Origin: an uncultured bacterium
GTDB lineage: Bacteria; Desulfobacterota_D; UBA1144; Nemesobacterales; UBA2774
Assembly (NCBI GenBank): GCA_963705505.1
Contig: CAVPJU010000010.1
Coordinates: 448,001-512,000 of the forward strand
Direction: 5' to 3'
DNA length: 64,000 nt
The notes under the pieces were generated by a model that was not told the DNA's origin, searched no databases, and worked only from the letters and a program-made list of their open reading frames with translations. Position numbers and translations under genes: made by a program. Positions 30,335 through 39,726 of the stretch are shown piece by piece. Position 1 is the stretch's first letter. Every line of letters begins with the position of its first letter.

Positions 30335-30961
30335 ATGACCGACTTCACGCAGATACTCCTGGGGACTATTATCTCGCTCCTCCCCATCGTAAACCCGTTT
30401 TCGGTAGCGGTCACATTCATATCGCTTTCAAAGGACATGGACGACGGGAAAAGGAACAGACAGGCGCTCCTCGCCTCCGTTTACATGGCCTTCATCCTTA
30501 TCGTATTCCTCGTTGCCGGGGTACTGATAATGAAGTTCTTCGGCATCTCACTGCCGGGAATACGTATAGCGGGCGGGATTATTATATTGTACATAGGGTT
30601 CAGGATGCTGAATCCCCAGCCGCAGGATCCTCAGCTGCAGGCAGCAGGGCGAAGCCCGGCGGATGACGACGATATCGCATTCACTCCGGTTGCGATGCCC
30701 ATGCTGAGCGGACCGGGGGCCATAGCCGTCACGATAGGTATGGCAGCGAATGCGGATTCGAGGTTAGAATATATAGGGGAGACACTCGGGATTATCGTAG
30801 TCGCCCTCATTACCTATATACTTTTAAGGATCTCGGGGAGTGTCAAGAGATTACTCGGAAATTACGGTGTCATTATCCTGACACGCATAATGGGGTTCCT
30901 CCTCATCTGCATAGGCGTTCAGTTCGTCATGCTGGGTATCCTCGACTTCATTCACAAATAG
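30335..30961 (+). CDS. marC: MarC family membrane protein
   Basis: IVNPF, FGISLP..RIAGG, P.AMP.LSGPGAI, TRIMGFLL.CIGVQ. Confidence 0.92.
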   Translation: MTDFTQILLGTIISLLPIVNPFSVAVTFISLSKDMDDGKRNRQALLASVYMAFILIVFLVAGVLIMKFFGISLPGIRIAGGIIILYIGFRMLNPQPQDPQLQAAGRSPADDDDIAFTPVAMPMLSGPGAIAVTIGMAANADSRLEYIGETLGIIVVALITYILLRISGSVKRLLGNYGVIILTRIMGFLLICIGVQFVMLGILDFIHK

Positions 30962-31015
30962 ATTATCTCCAGTCAGTGCTCAAGATGATCGAAGAGATGT
31001 GGAGGCGTTAATTTA

Positions 31016-31489
31016 ATGCATAATCTCAACATACGCAGGTATAAGCCCGATGACGCCGAGGAGATTGCGGAGCTGTATGAGAAGTCAGTCAGGGAGATAG
31101 CGATAGAGAAGTATTCCCCTGAAGAGGTCGAGGCATGGGCATCTTACGCAGATGAAATCGAGGAGATCAGACACAGGCTGGCAGAGGGGCTCACTCTGGT
31201 CGCCGAGGCGGGGAATAAGCTCGCAGCTTTCGGTCAGCTGAAGCCCGTAGACCACATAGCTTTTCTCTACACGATCAAAGACTATTCACGGATAGGGATA
31301 GCCACGTCGATCTACAATCGGCTTGAGGATCATGCCAGAGCGAAGGGGGCCGAATTCCTCACCACCGACGCCAGCAGGATATCGAAAAGCCTCTTTGAAA
31401 GGCTTGGTTTTTACCTCGTGTGTCCGGTCGTGGAAAAGAGGAAGGGCATCGAGCTCGAGTGCTTTAAAATGAAGAAGGAGCTGGGTTGA
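31016..31489 (+). CDS. GNAT acetyltransferase (YafP-like)
   Basis: YS.EEV.AWA, R.GIA, L.TDAS..S..LFE..GF. Confidence 0.88.
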   Translation: MHNLNIRRYKPDDAEEIAELYEKSVREIAIEKYSPEEVEAWASYADEIEEIRHRLAEGLTLVAEAGNKLAAFGQLKPVDHIAFLYTIKDYSRIGIATSIYNRLEDHARAKGAEFLTTDASRISKSLFERLGFYLVCPVVEKRKGIELECFKMKKELG

Positions 31490-31627
31490 ATACTGCAGTG
31501 TAAGCGGAGAAGACGTGCATCTATATTTAATCAAAGCGTTTATCTTGGACTCCGGCCTGAAAAAACCTGTTGATTCCGGCCACCGAAAGCCTATATAATC
31601 GGACTAGAAACATGTAGGGAGGTCGTT

Positions 31628-31723
31628 ATGAAAGATTCTTCCGGTCAAAATCTGGGCGCTTTTCTGTTCCTTGCCGCAATGTGCATTTTCTTTGCTCTCT
31701 GGTTTTATCTATGGTTCAGTTAA
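31628..31723 (+). CDS. 31-aa single-TM small protein (below the ORF-track cutoff)
   Basis: GGGAGG SD; MKDSSGQNLGAFLFLAAMCIFFALWFYLWFS*; promoter TTGATT (31570), 18 bp, TATAAT (31594). Confidence 0.6.
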   Translation: MKDSSGQNLGAFLFLAAMCIFFALWFYLWFS

Positions 31724-31845
31724 GCCGGCGATGAAACGCGCCCTCAGCTTTCTGTCCTGATTAAAGACTTTTGAGGGATTATTGAGGGTAAAGCGCCGGT
31801 GCTTTAATTACTTTAGTCCGCGTAATTGCAGTTATAATTGCGTTC

Positions 31846-31929
31846 TGTCTGAATATCTGACATTCGACACCGCTTACATGCTGGAAATGCTATATTTATT
31901 TTAGTTTTCGCAGTGGCATAGTTATTGCT
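31846..31929 (+). promoter_or_regulatory. sigma54 (-24/-12) promoter with upstream activator site, cco operon
   Basis: TGGCATAGTTATTGCT at 31914-31929 (GG-N10-GC); TGTC-N9-GACA-TTC-GACA at 31846-31869; AT-rich spacer between them. Confidence 0.75.
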
Positions 31930-31962
31930 CATACAATGGGCATCAAGAGTAAAAATACTGCA

Positions 31963-34416
31963 ATGCCAAATACGACAGCTACGACAGATGCCGCTCCTGG
32001 GGGAGTATTACTATATGACCGATGCCTGCACTGCGGCGAGGCGCTCGATCAATCGAATACGGTTAGATCCAACGGGAAAAGCTTCTGCTGCAACGGCTGC
32101 AGGTCGGTTTACGAGCTCTTGAATGTGCTCGGCCTCGACACCTACTACAGGATAAGGGAATCCCAGAACATAATTAAAACCGCCGCGCCGCCCGACCCCG
32201 CTACAGAGGAAGACTACGGGTACCTCGACAGCGAGAGCTTCACGGATTTATACACGACGGAAGAGAACCCACTTACGATGAATTTTTATGTGGAGGGGAT
32301 AGAATGCGCCGCATGCCTCTGGCTTATCGAGAAAATACCGGCCTTCGTCCCCGATATAGAAACCCTGTCGCTCAACATGTCGGACAACACTGCGACAGTC
32401 AGGTTCACACCCACGAGGAAATTCTCCTCCTTTCCCGAAATAATAAAGAAATTCGGCTACAGGGCGCACCCCCTGAAAACCGACGAGGACGTGAGCGGAC
32501 TTAAAAAAAGAGAGAATAGAAGGTCGCTCATCAGGCTTTCGGTCGCTGCCGTATGCGCGGGCAACATAATGCTGCTGTCGGCGGCGATATATTCTGGCGC
32601 ACGGGGTGTATTCGAAGAGCATTTCATGCTGCTCAATTTTTTTCTGGCGCTGCCTGTAATAACTTATTGCTCTCTCCCGTTCTATAAGAGCGTCATCGGC
32701 TCGCTCAGGACAGGGCGGGCTACGGTCGATATACCCATCGTGTTCGTCATACTCGCCGGTTTCTTCATAAGCGCATATAACTACCTCACGGGAAGCCGTG
32801 AAGTCTATTTCGATTCCGTAACCATGTTCGTATTCCTGCTCCTCGCGAGCAGGTATTTCCTGAGATCGGTCCAGGAGCGCCTTAGCGGCAGAGAGCCTCT
32901 CGGGAGAAGCCTCTTTTCATCGAACCGCGTCCTCGTGAGGGACGACGAGGCAAAGCAGTTCTTTTACAGGCCCGTGGAAACCCTCGAAGCCGGACAAAAG
33001 ATCAAGCTCGCGAGGGGCGACCGTTTCCCCGCCGACGGCAGGCTGCTCTCCTCCGTTGCCGAAGTCAATCTCTCGGTCCTCACCGGTGAGAACATACCCC
33101 GCACGGTTTCGAGGGGGGAGAGCGTTTACGCTGGCTCGATACTCGATTCCGACGAGGCCGTCCTCGAGGTGACCGGGACCGGCAGCAGGACGAGGATCGG
33201 AAGGGTACTCGAGGATGTGGAGAATAATTACCGGAGCAAAATCAGCCTCTCCACTTACAGCGATAAATACGCGACTGTTTTCACCATCGCCGTAGGCGTT
33301 ATCGCGGCCGCCTCGTTCTTTGCAGTCTCGGCGATCTATAACACGTCCCAGGCGCTCGAAAGGACTATCGCATTCATACTCATTTCATGCCCCTGCGCCT
33401 TCGTGTTCGTGCTGCCGCTCTCATTCGGACTTTTCCTCAAATCCGCCTCCGATAACGGGATACTGATAAAGGACGCGAGGATTTTCGATAAGCTTCCGGG
33501 AATTAAAAACATATTCTTCGACAAGACCGGCACCTTGACGAACGGGGTGTACAGGATACTCGGCTGGGATACCGGCGGACTCTCCGCAGAGGACCGCGCG
33601 GCGGTCCTCGCAATCGAGCGCGAGTCGGAGCACCCGGTAGCAAGGGCGATCGTTACACGCCTCTCCGGGGAGGATCTCCTCCTTCCGGAAGTGAGCGGCT
33701 TCAGGCATATATATTCGAAAGGCGTGGAAGCCCGTGCCGGCGGACACCTCTACACGCTCACAGCGGAGAGGGACGAATCGGCTCCCAACGAAATCAACGA
33801 AATCATAGCCACAAGGATCGTAATACGCAAAGACGGGGAACAGTTGTCAGAGATACTACTCGGAGATTCGCTCAAAACGGACGCAAAGTTCGTAGCGGAC
33901 GAGCTCAAAAAGAGGGGTTTTCGGCTCTACGTACTCTCGGGGGATAAGGAAACCAACGTCAGGCAGGTCGCGGAGAAGCTTCAAATACCCCCGGGGAATG
34001 TTTACTGGGAGGTGACGCCCGAGCGGAAGTCGGAGATAGTCCGGCAGCACGGCCGCTCCATGATGATAGGGGACGGACTTAACGACGCCGGAGCGCTCTC
34101 GTCGTCCGAGGTCGGAGTCGCTATACAGGGGAGCGTCGGTGAGAGCATGAAGGTATCGGACGCCTATATATTAAACAACGACCTCTTCACAATCCTCGAC
34201 CTCATCGATCACGGCAGGGTGATACGCGAAACGGTAAGGAGGAATACGGCCTTTTCCGTCACGTACAACGTTACGGCCGGAGCTTTCGCGCTCCTGGGTT
34301 TCATAAACCCCCTCGCCGCCGCGGTGCTCATGCCGCTCAGCTCGGTGCTGCTCATAGTCTCCTCGCTATACGGTCAGAACAAAATGAGGCTCGGGGAAAG
34401 GAAGGCGCACGTATGA
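31963..34416 (+). CDS. ccoI: CcoI/FixI P1B-type copper ATPase
   Basis: CLHCG..FCCNGC, HMA CAAC, TGE, CPC, DKTGTLT, GDGLND. The ATG at 31963 is preferred because 31936 lies upstream of the predicted sigma54 start site. Confidence 0.9.
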   Translation: MPNTTATTDAAPGGVLLYDRCLHCGEALDQSNTVRSNGKSFCCNGCRSVYELLNVLGLDTYYRIRESQNIIKTAAPPDPATEEDYGYLDSESFTDLYTTEENPLTMNFYVEGIECAACLWLIEKIPAFVPDIETLSLNMSDNTATVRFTPTRKFSSFPEIIKKFGYRAHPLKTDEDVSGLKKRENRRSLIRLSVAAVCAGNIMLLSAAIYSGARGVFEEHFMLLNFFLALPVITYCSLPFYKSVIGSLRTGRATVDIPIVFVILAGFFISAYNYLTGSREVYFDSVTMFVFLLLASRYFLRSVQERLSGREPLGRSLFSSNRVLVRDDEAKQFFYRPVETLEAGQKIKLARGDRFPADGRLLSSVAEVNLSVLTGENIPRTVSRGESVYAGSILDSDEAVLEVTGTGSRTRIGRVLEDVENNYRSKISLSTYSDKYATVFTIAVGVIAAASFFAVSAIYNTSQALERTIAFILISCPCAFVFVLPLSFGLFLKSASDNGILIKDARIFDKLPGIKNIFFDKTGTLTNGVYRILGWDTGGLSAEDRAAVLAIERESEHPVARAIVTRLSGEDLLLPEVSGFRHIYSKGVEARAGGHLYTLTAERDESAPNEINEIIATRIVIRKDGEQLSEILLGDSLKTDAKFVADELKKRGFRLYVLSGDKETNVRQVAEKLQIPPGNVYWEVTPERKSEIVRQHGRSMMIGDGLNDAGALSSSEVGVAIQGSVGESMKVSDAYILNNDLFTILDLIDHGRVIRETVRRNTAFSVTYNVTAGAFALLGFINPLAAAVLMPLSSVLLIVSSLYGQNKMRLGERKAHV

Positions 34417-34598
34417 ATATTATTTTTCTTACACTCGGGGTGTCGATCGCAATCGCGCTCATTTTCCTCTCCGCTTTCATATGGGCGGCGGGAAAGGGGC
34501 AATACGACGACCTCAAAACCCCGGGACACAGAATGCTGCTCGATGATTATGAAACGGATACAAAGAATGATAACGCTAAGGAGGATACGGATAAATGA
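34413..34598 (+). CDS. ccoS: cbb3 oxidase maturation protein
   Basis: F.WA...GQYDDL.TP..R.L.DD. Confidence 0.93.
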   Translation: MNIIFLTLGVSIAIALIFLSAFIWAAGKGQYDDLKTPGHRMLLDDYETDTKNDNAKEDTDK

Positions 34599-36760
34599 GT
34601 GACGTCAGAGCGGGAAGCGCCGCTATCACGGAAAAGATTTATTACGATGACGACATCGTTAAAAAATTTATTTATGCCACGATATTCTGGGGAGCCGCGG
34701 CTTTCATAGTCGGACTCCTCGCAGCGCTCGAGCTTGCGTACTGGCCTGCGAACCTGGAGCTCCCCTGGCTCACATTCGGGAGGATAAGACCGCTTCATAC
34801 GAATGCAGCCATATTCGCATTCGCCGGAAATATCATTTTCGCGGGCATATACCACTCGACGCAGCGGCTGTTGAAAACACGGAACTTCTCGGATTTCCTT
34901 TCCAATTTTCATTTCTGGGGATGGCAGCTTATCATAGTGGGCGCGCTGGTGACGCTCCCCCTCGGGTATTCCCACGGAAAGGAGTATGCAGAGCTCGAGT
35001 GGCCGCTGGACATCGCAATAGCGGTTGTGTGGGTGGTCTTCGCGGTCAACTTCTTCGGCACTATAGCGATCAGAAGGGTAAAGCACCTCTATGTGGCGAT
35101 ATGGTTTTACATCGCTACGATCGTGACCGTCGCCCTCCTTCATATCGTTAACTCGATCGAGATTCCGGTCGCCATGTTCAAAAGCTATCCGGTCTATGCG
35201 GGCGTGCAGGACGCGCTCGTCCAGTGGTGGTACGGTCATAACGCGGTCGCCTTCTTCCTGACGACGCCCTTCCTCGGACTCATGTACTACTACGTGCCCA
35301 AAGCAGCGAACAGGCCTATATACAGCTACAGGCTCTCGATAGTCCATTTCTGGTCGCTCGTTTTCATATACATATGGGCGGGCCCCCACCATCTCCTGAA
35401 CTCAGCACTGCCCGACTGGGCGCAAACCCTGGGGATGGTATTCAGCCTGATGCTCTGGGCGCCGAGCTGGGGAGGTATGATAAACGGTCTTCTCACACTG
35501 AGAGGGGCGTGGACGAAGCTCCGCACTGACCCCATAATCAAGTTCCTCGCCGTGGCTGTAACGTTTTACGGGATGACGACGTTCGAAGGCCCACTGCTAT
35601 CCATAAAATCGGTGAACTCGCTTGCGCACTACACCGACTGGATAATCGGACACGTGCACGGCGGGACACTCGGCTGGAACGGTTTCCTGACATTCGGAAT
35701 CATCTATTACCTCGTGCCCAGGCTCTGGAATACGAAAATGTACAGCGAGAGGCTAATGAACTGGCATTTCTGGATAGGCCTTCTCGGCATACTGATCTAC
35801 TATATTTCGATGTGGGCCAGCGGAATTACGCAGGGTCTCATGTGGAGGGCTATAGGTGAGAACGGCCAGCTCGTTTATCCCGACTTCGTCGAGACGGTAA
35901 TAAGGATAGCCCCTCTCTATTATGTGCGGTTCGCGGGCGGCGCGCTCTTTCTCACGGGTTTCCTACTCCTCATCTACAACGTATGGGTGACAATAGCAAG
36001 AGCTCCCAAAGGACAGAAGGCTCAGGCTGTCGAGGTCCCCGCGCGCTCAGCAGCCGACACGACGGCAATCGGGACGGGGCATAGAAAGCTCGAAGCCCTT
36101 TCCGCGATCTTCACCGTTCTCCTGTTCATAGCGGTTATCGTGGGATCGATCATAGAAATCATCCCCACGCTCGCGATCTACAAATACCTCCCGACGACGA
36201 CAAAGACCGAGCCTTACACACCGCTTGAGCTCGCCGGCAGGGACGTATACATCAAAGAGGGCTGTTACGTATGCCATTCGCAGATGATCAGGAAGCTACC
36301 GTACGACGTTCTCAGGTTCGGACCCAGCTCCACCATCGAGGAATCCATGTACGACCACCCGTTCCAGTGGGGGTCGAAGAGGACGGGTCCCGACCTCGCG
36401 AGGGTCGGAGGGAAATACCCCGATATGTGGCACCTCCGTCATATGATGAACCCGCGCGAGATCACACCCAGGTCTATAATGCCCGCATACCCTTGGCTCG
36501 CGACGACGAAGATCGACTACAACATCCTGAGGAAGAAGCTGAGCGTAATGAAAATGCTCGGCGTGCCCTATAAACAAGAAGACGTTGCAAACGCCGACAT
36601 AAACGCCGAAAAACAGGCGGCCGTTATATACGAGGGTCTCCTGAGCCAGGACCCGTCGCTGAGCTCCGTCAAGGACACGGAAGTGATCGCGATTATCGCA
36701 TATCTCCAGAGTCTGGGTAAGAAGACGTCCCAGCAGGGGGTCGCATCATCAACCAGATAG
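34595..36760 (+). CDS. ccoN: cbb3-type cytochrome c oxidase fused subunits I/II (CcoNO)
   Basis: RPLHTN, QWWYGHN, WAGPHH, GHVH; C-terminal CcoO domain GCYVCHSQMIR, WGSKRTGPDL. Confidence 0.97.
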   Translation: MSDVRAGSAAITEKIYYDDDIVKKFIYATIFWGAAAFIVGLLAALELAYWPANLELPWLTFGRIRPLHTNAAIFAFAGNIIFAGIYHSTQRLLKTRNFSDFLSNFHFWGWQLIIVGALVTLPLGYSHGKEYAELEWPLDIAIAVVWVVFAVNFFGTIAIRRVKHLYVAIWFYIATIVTVALLHIVNSIEIPVAMFKSYPVYAGVQDALVQWWYGHNAVAFFLTTPFLGLMYYYVPKAANRPIYSYRLSIVHFWSLVFIYIWAGPHHLLNSALPDWAQTLGMVFSLMLWAPSWGGMINGLLTLRGAWTKLRTDPIIKFLAVAVTFYGMTTFEGPLLSIKSVNSLAHYTDWIIGHVHGGTLGWNGFLTFGIIYYLVPRLWNTKMYSERLMNWHFWIGLLGILIYYISMWASGITQGLMWRAIGENGQLVYPDFVETVIRIAPLYYVRFAGGALFLTGFLLLIYNVWVTIARAPKGQKAQAVEVPARSAADTTAIGTGHRKLEALSAIFTVLLFIAVIVGSIIEIIPTLAIYKYLPTTTKTEPYTPLELAGRDVYIKEGCYVCHSQMIRKLPYDVLRFGPSSTIEESMYDHPFQWGSKRTGPDLARVGGKYPDMWHLRHMMNPREITPRSIMPAYPWLATTKIDYNILRKKLSVMKMLGVPYKQEDVANADINAEKQAAVIYEGLLSQDPSLSSVKDTEVIAIIAYLQSLGKKTSQQGVASSTR

Positions 36761-36936
36761 CTCTATCTTATTTCACGGATATTGAGATCATCATCGTAGC
36801 CCTCGTAATATTCCTTACGGCTTTCGTGGCGATCGTGCTCTGGGCACTCAGAAAGCCGAAGGCGGAGATCGAGGAAATGGAGCGACTTCCCCTCGAGGAC
36901 GAGGGCGTCAAAATAAAGGAGAATGTCAATGACTGA
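36745..36936 (+). CDS. ccoQ: cbb3 oxidase small subunit CcoQ (start codon reads ATC)
   Basis: Frame (I)INQIALSYFTDIEIIIVALVIFLTAFVAIVLWALRKPKAEIEEMERLPLED...ND*, between ccoO and ccoP, with AGGGGG SD. Confidence 0.8.
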   Translation: MINQIALSYFTDIEIIIVALVIFLTAFVAIVLWALRKPKAEIEEMERLPLEDEGVKIKENVND

Positions 36937-37498
36937 TAAAGATAAACTTATTCAGGACCACGATTACGACGGAATCAGGGAGCTAAACAACCCGCTTCCC
37001 GGCTGGTGGCTTATGACATTTTATATCACGGTGATATTCGCCGTAATATATTTCGCATATTACCAGCTCTTCGGAGGGCCGACTCTCGACAAGGAGCTCG
37101 CAACCGAGATGGGCGCTATCAAAGCGGCGCAGCACAAGACCGAGGAAGCGGCGGAGGGAAAAACCCAGCAGGACTATCTGGCCCTGGTATCGAATCCGGA
37201 AGCCATTGCAAAGGGCAAGGCGGAGTTCCTCGCAAAATGTATACCCTGCCACGGCGACAAGGGCCAGGGAATTATAGGACCCAACCTTACGGACGATTAC
37301 TGGATACACGGGGACGGGTCGATACCTGCTATACTTAAAGTTATGAACTCCGGGGTTGCCGATAAGGGAATGCCTTCCTGGAAAGGAGTCATACCGCCCG
37401 ACCTCCAGGCCGACGTCGCGGCTTACGTTTACAGCATCCATGGCTCGAACCCGCCGGGAGCGAAAGCGCCTCAGGGGCAAATGATAGAACGCAGATGA
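36929..37498 (+). CDS. ccoP: cbb3 oxidase subunit III, short mono-heme form
   Basis: HDYDGIRELNNPLPGWW, a single CIPCH, GPNLTDDYWIHG, GMP.W. Confidence 0.92.
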   Translation: MTDKDKLIQDHDYDGIRELNNPLPGWWLMTFYITVIFAVIYFAYYQLFGGPTLDKELATEMGAIKAAQHKTEEAAEGKTQQDYLALVSNPEAIAKGKAEFLAKCIPCHGDKGQGIIGPNLTDDYWIHGDGSIPAILKVMNSGVADKGMPSWKGVIPPDLQADVAAYVYSIHGSNPPGAKAPQGQMIERR

Positions 37499-38922
37499 AG
37501 GTACTGGATCAAAGACACCTTCCGGACGAGCGTCCGGCCACCATGGACGAAAAGGGGAAACGGGTTTTTATATTCCCCGCGCAGGTTAAGGGCTTCTGGC
37601 GGAGTCTGAGGACGATCACCGAGATATTCCTCGTTATTTTCTTCCTCGTGCTCCCGTGGATCAAGATCGGAGGACACCAGGCGCTCCTTCTCAACATTGG
37701 GGAGAGGAAATTCTCCATATTCGGCCTCACCTTCTGGGCGCACGACGCTCCTCTGATTTTCTTCATACTGGCGTTCCTCACCATAGGCCTCGCTTTCGTA
37801 ACCGCTGTATGGGGGAGGATATGGTGCGGATGGGCGTGCCCTCAGACCGTATTCATCGACGGCATATTCAGGAGGCTCGAATACCTTATTATCGGGAGCC
37901 ACTTACAGCAGCGGAACCTCGCGCAGGCCCCGTGGGACCTGAGAAAATTTTTCAAATTGTCCCTCCTCTGGTCTCTTTTCATTATAGTGAGCCTCGTGAT
38001 TGCCCACAGCTTTCTCGCGTATTTCGTGGGCGCCGACAGGCTCGTCGAGATGACCCAGCACAACCCCGGGGAGAACTGGACTATCTTTGTCATAATGGCG
38101 TTCCTCACCGCAGTGTTCCTATTCGACTTCGGATGGTTCAGAGAGCAGTTCTGCATAATCGTATGCCCATACGGCAGGTTCCAATCGGTGCTGCTGGACG
38201 ACGACTCGCTCACGGTCTCATACGACCCCGTGAGGGGTGAGCCACGGAAGGGGAGCGAAGGACCTGGCCAGACCGAAGGCGACTGCATCAACTGCTACAA
38301 GTGCGTAGCCGTATGCCCCACCGGTATAGACATAAGGAACGGCCTCCAGCTCGAGTGCATCGGGTGCACGGCATGCATAGATGCATGCGACGAGGTTATG
38401 GAGAAGATCGAAAAACCCAAAGGCCTGATAAGATACGCGACAGGAATATCTCTAAAAGGGCTAAAAGCGAGGTGGTTCAGGCCCAGGGTGGCCATATATG
38501 TCGTACTTCTCGTCGCTGTTGTCAGCGCACTAATCGTATCAATAAACCGGAGAGAGGATATCGTAGTTACGATCCTCCGCGGAAAGGACACCCCTTTCCA
38601 AGTAGTTAAAAACGATGATGGGAGCGAAGAGATAATAAACCATTTCAAGATGCATATGAAGAATCAAACAATTGATGACGTGAGCCTCAAGATGGTGCTT
38701 CCAGAAGACTTAAAGCGCAAGAATATCGAGATCATCTCCCAGAGCGAATCGTTTGACCTCGGAGCGGGAAAGGACCTCACCGTACATTTCTTCGTCAAAT
38801 TTCCCAAAGACGTTACCGGGAGTAGGGGAAGCGAACCCGTTAAACTCGATTTCATAGATACGAAGAACAACAAAATAGAGTCCGAGGAGGACCTCGAGCT
38901 TGTCGGACCTAAGTCAATTTAG
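37495..38922 (+). CDS. ccoG: Cytochrome c oxidase accessory ferredoxin-like protein
   Basis: GRIWCGWACPQTVF, REQFC...CPYGRFQ, CINCYKCVAVCPTGIDIR, CIGCTACIDAC. Confidence 0.96.
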   Translation: MKVLDQRHLPDERPATMDEKGKRVFIFPAQVKGFWRSLRTITEIFLVIFFLVLPWIKIGGHQALLLNIGERKFSIFGLTFWAHDAPLIFFILAFLTIGLAFVTAVWGRIWCGWACPQTVFIDGIFRRLEYLIIGSHLQQRNLAQAPWDLRKFFKLSLLWSLFIIVSLVIAHSFLAYFVGADRLVEMTQHNPGENWTIFVIMAFLTAVFLFDFGWFREQFCIIVCPYGRFQSVLLDDDSLTVSYDPVRGEPRKGSEGPGQTEGDCINCYKCVAVCPTGIDIRNGLQLECIGCTACIDACDEVMEKIEKPKGLIRYATGISLKGLKARWFRPRVAIYVVLLVAVVSALIVSINRREDIVVTILRGKDTPFQVVKNDDGSEEIINHFKMHMKNQTIDDVSLKMVLPEDLKRKNIEIISQSESFDLGAGKDLTVHFFVKFPKDVTGSRGSEPVKLDFIDTKNNKIESEEDLELVGPKSI

Positions 38923-39655
38923 CGAGATCATAAGCCGCTGGTCATATCTTTCGGTGCCGGTCGGAGTATTCATAGCGAGCCTTGCGGGAAGCTCCCACTG
39001 CGTCGCGATGTGCGGTCCTATAGCCGTAACCGTGAACAATAAGATCGGATATCTCCCCCTCTACCACGTGGGCAGGCTCTTCAGCTACCTCTCACTCGGA
39101 GTATTAGCGGGACTCCTCGGGGAAAAGTTTCTGAGCAACAACTATCCGCTTATTTCTACCGTGTCATTGATTCTTCTTTCACTATTCCTCATCTATACCG
39201 GCTACAACCTCGTAAGAGGAAAACATCTCGAACTAATACCGGGAAGATTCGTCACATCCCTTCTGACAGTCCCCGCCCGCTGGTCCCTCGCACAAAAAAG
39301 ACCCGTGGCGGCGTTCACTCTCGGTCTCGTGAACGGGTTCATACCGTGCGGCTGGGTATATATATTCGTCATTGGGGCTCTGGCGGCGAAAACCCCTCTT
39401 TTCGGCGCACTCATGCTCTTTATATTCTGGCTCGGCACAGTTCCGGCATTGTCTTTTATCCCGGTCATATACAAGAGATCGATGAATATAGCGCCCAGGA
39501 AGCTGAGCGTTATAGCGGGGGTAATATTGATCCTTGTCGGGCTCGCCAATTTCGCCCTCCACATGATACCGTCGGAAAAAATGGACCACGGCAAATCGAT
39601 ATGCGCCGTGACGAGCGGTGTATCCAGAAGCGACCCGGCTCACGGAAATAAATAA
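38900..39655 (+). CDS. DsbD_2 / sulfite-exporter-like membrane protein of cco clusters
   Basis: GS.HC..MCGP, YH.GR..SY, NG..PCG.VY, F.LGT.P; TTG start with GAGGAGG SD. Confidence 0.88.
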   Translation: MSDLSQFSEIISRWSYLSVPVGVFIASLAGSSHCVAMCGPIAVTVNNKIGYLPLYHVGRLFSYLSLGVLAGLLGEKFLSNNYPLISTVSLILLSLFLIYTGYNLVRGKHLELIPGRFVTSLLTVPARWSLAQKRPVAAFTLGLVNGFIPCGWVYIFVIGALAAKTPLFGALMLFIFWLGTVPALSFIPVIYKRSMNIAPRKLSVIAGVILILVGLANFALHMIPSEKMDHGKSICAVTSGVSRSDPAHGNK

Positions 39656-39726
39656 TCTCCGCCAGGTTTCAATAATGTTTTAACTCTGTGGATTTATCCG
39701 ATTTGAGTTTTCGAAGACGCCCGCCT

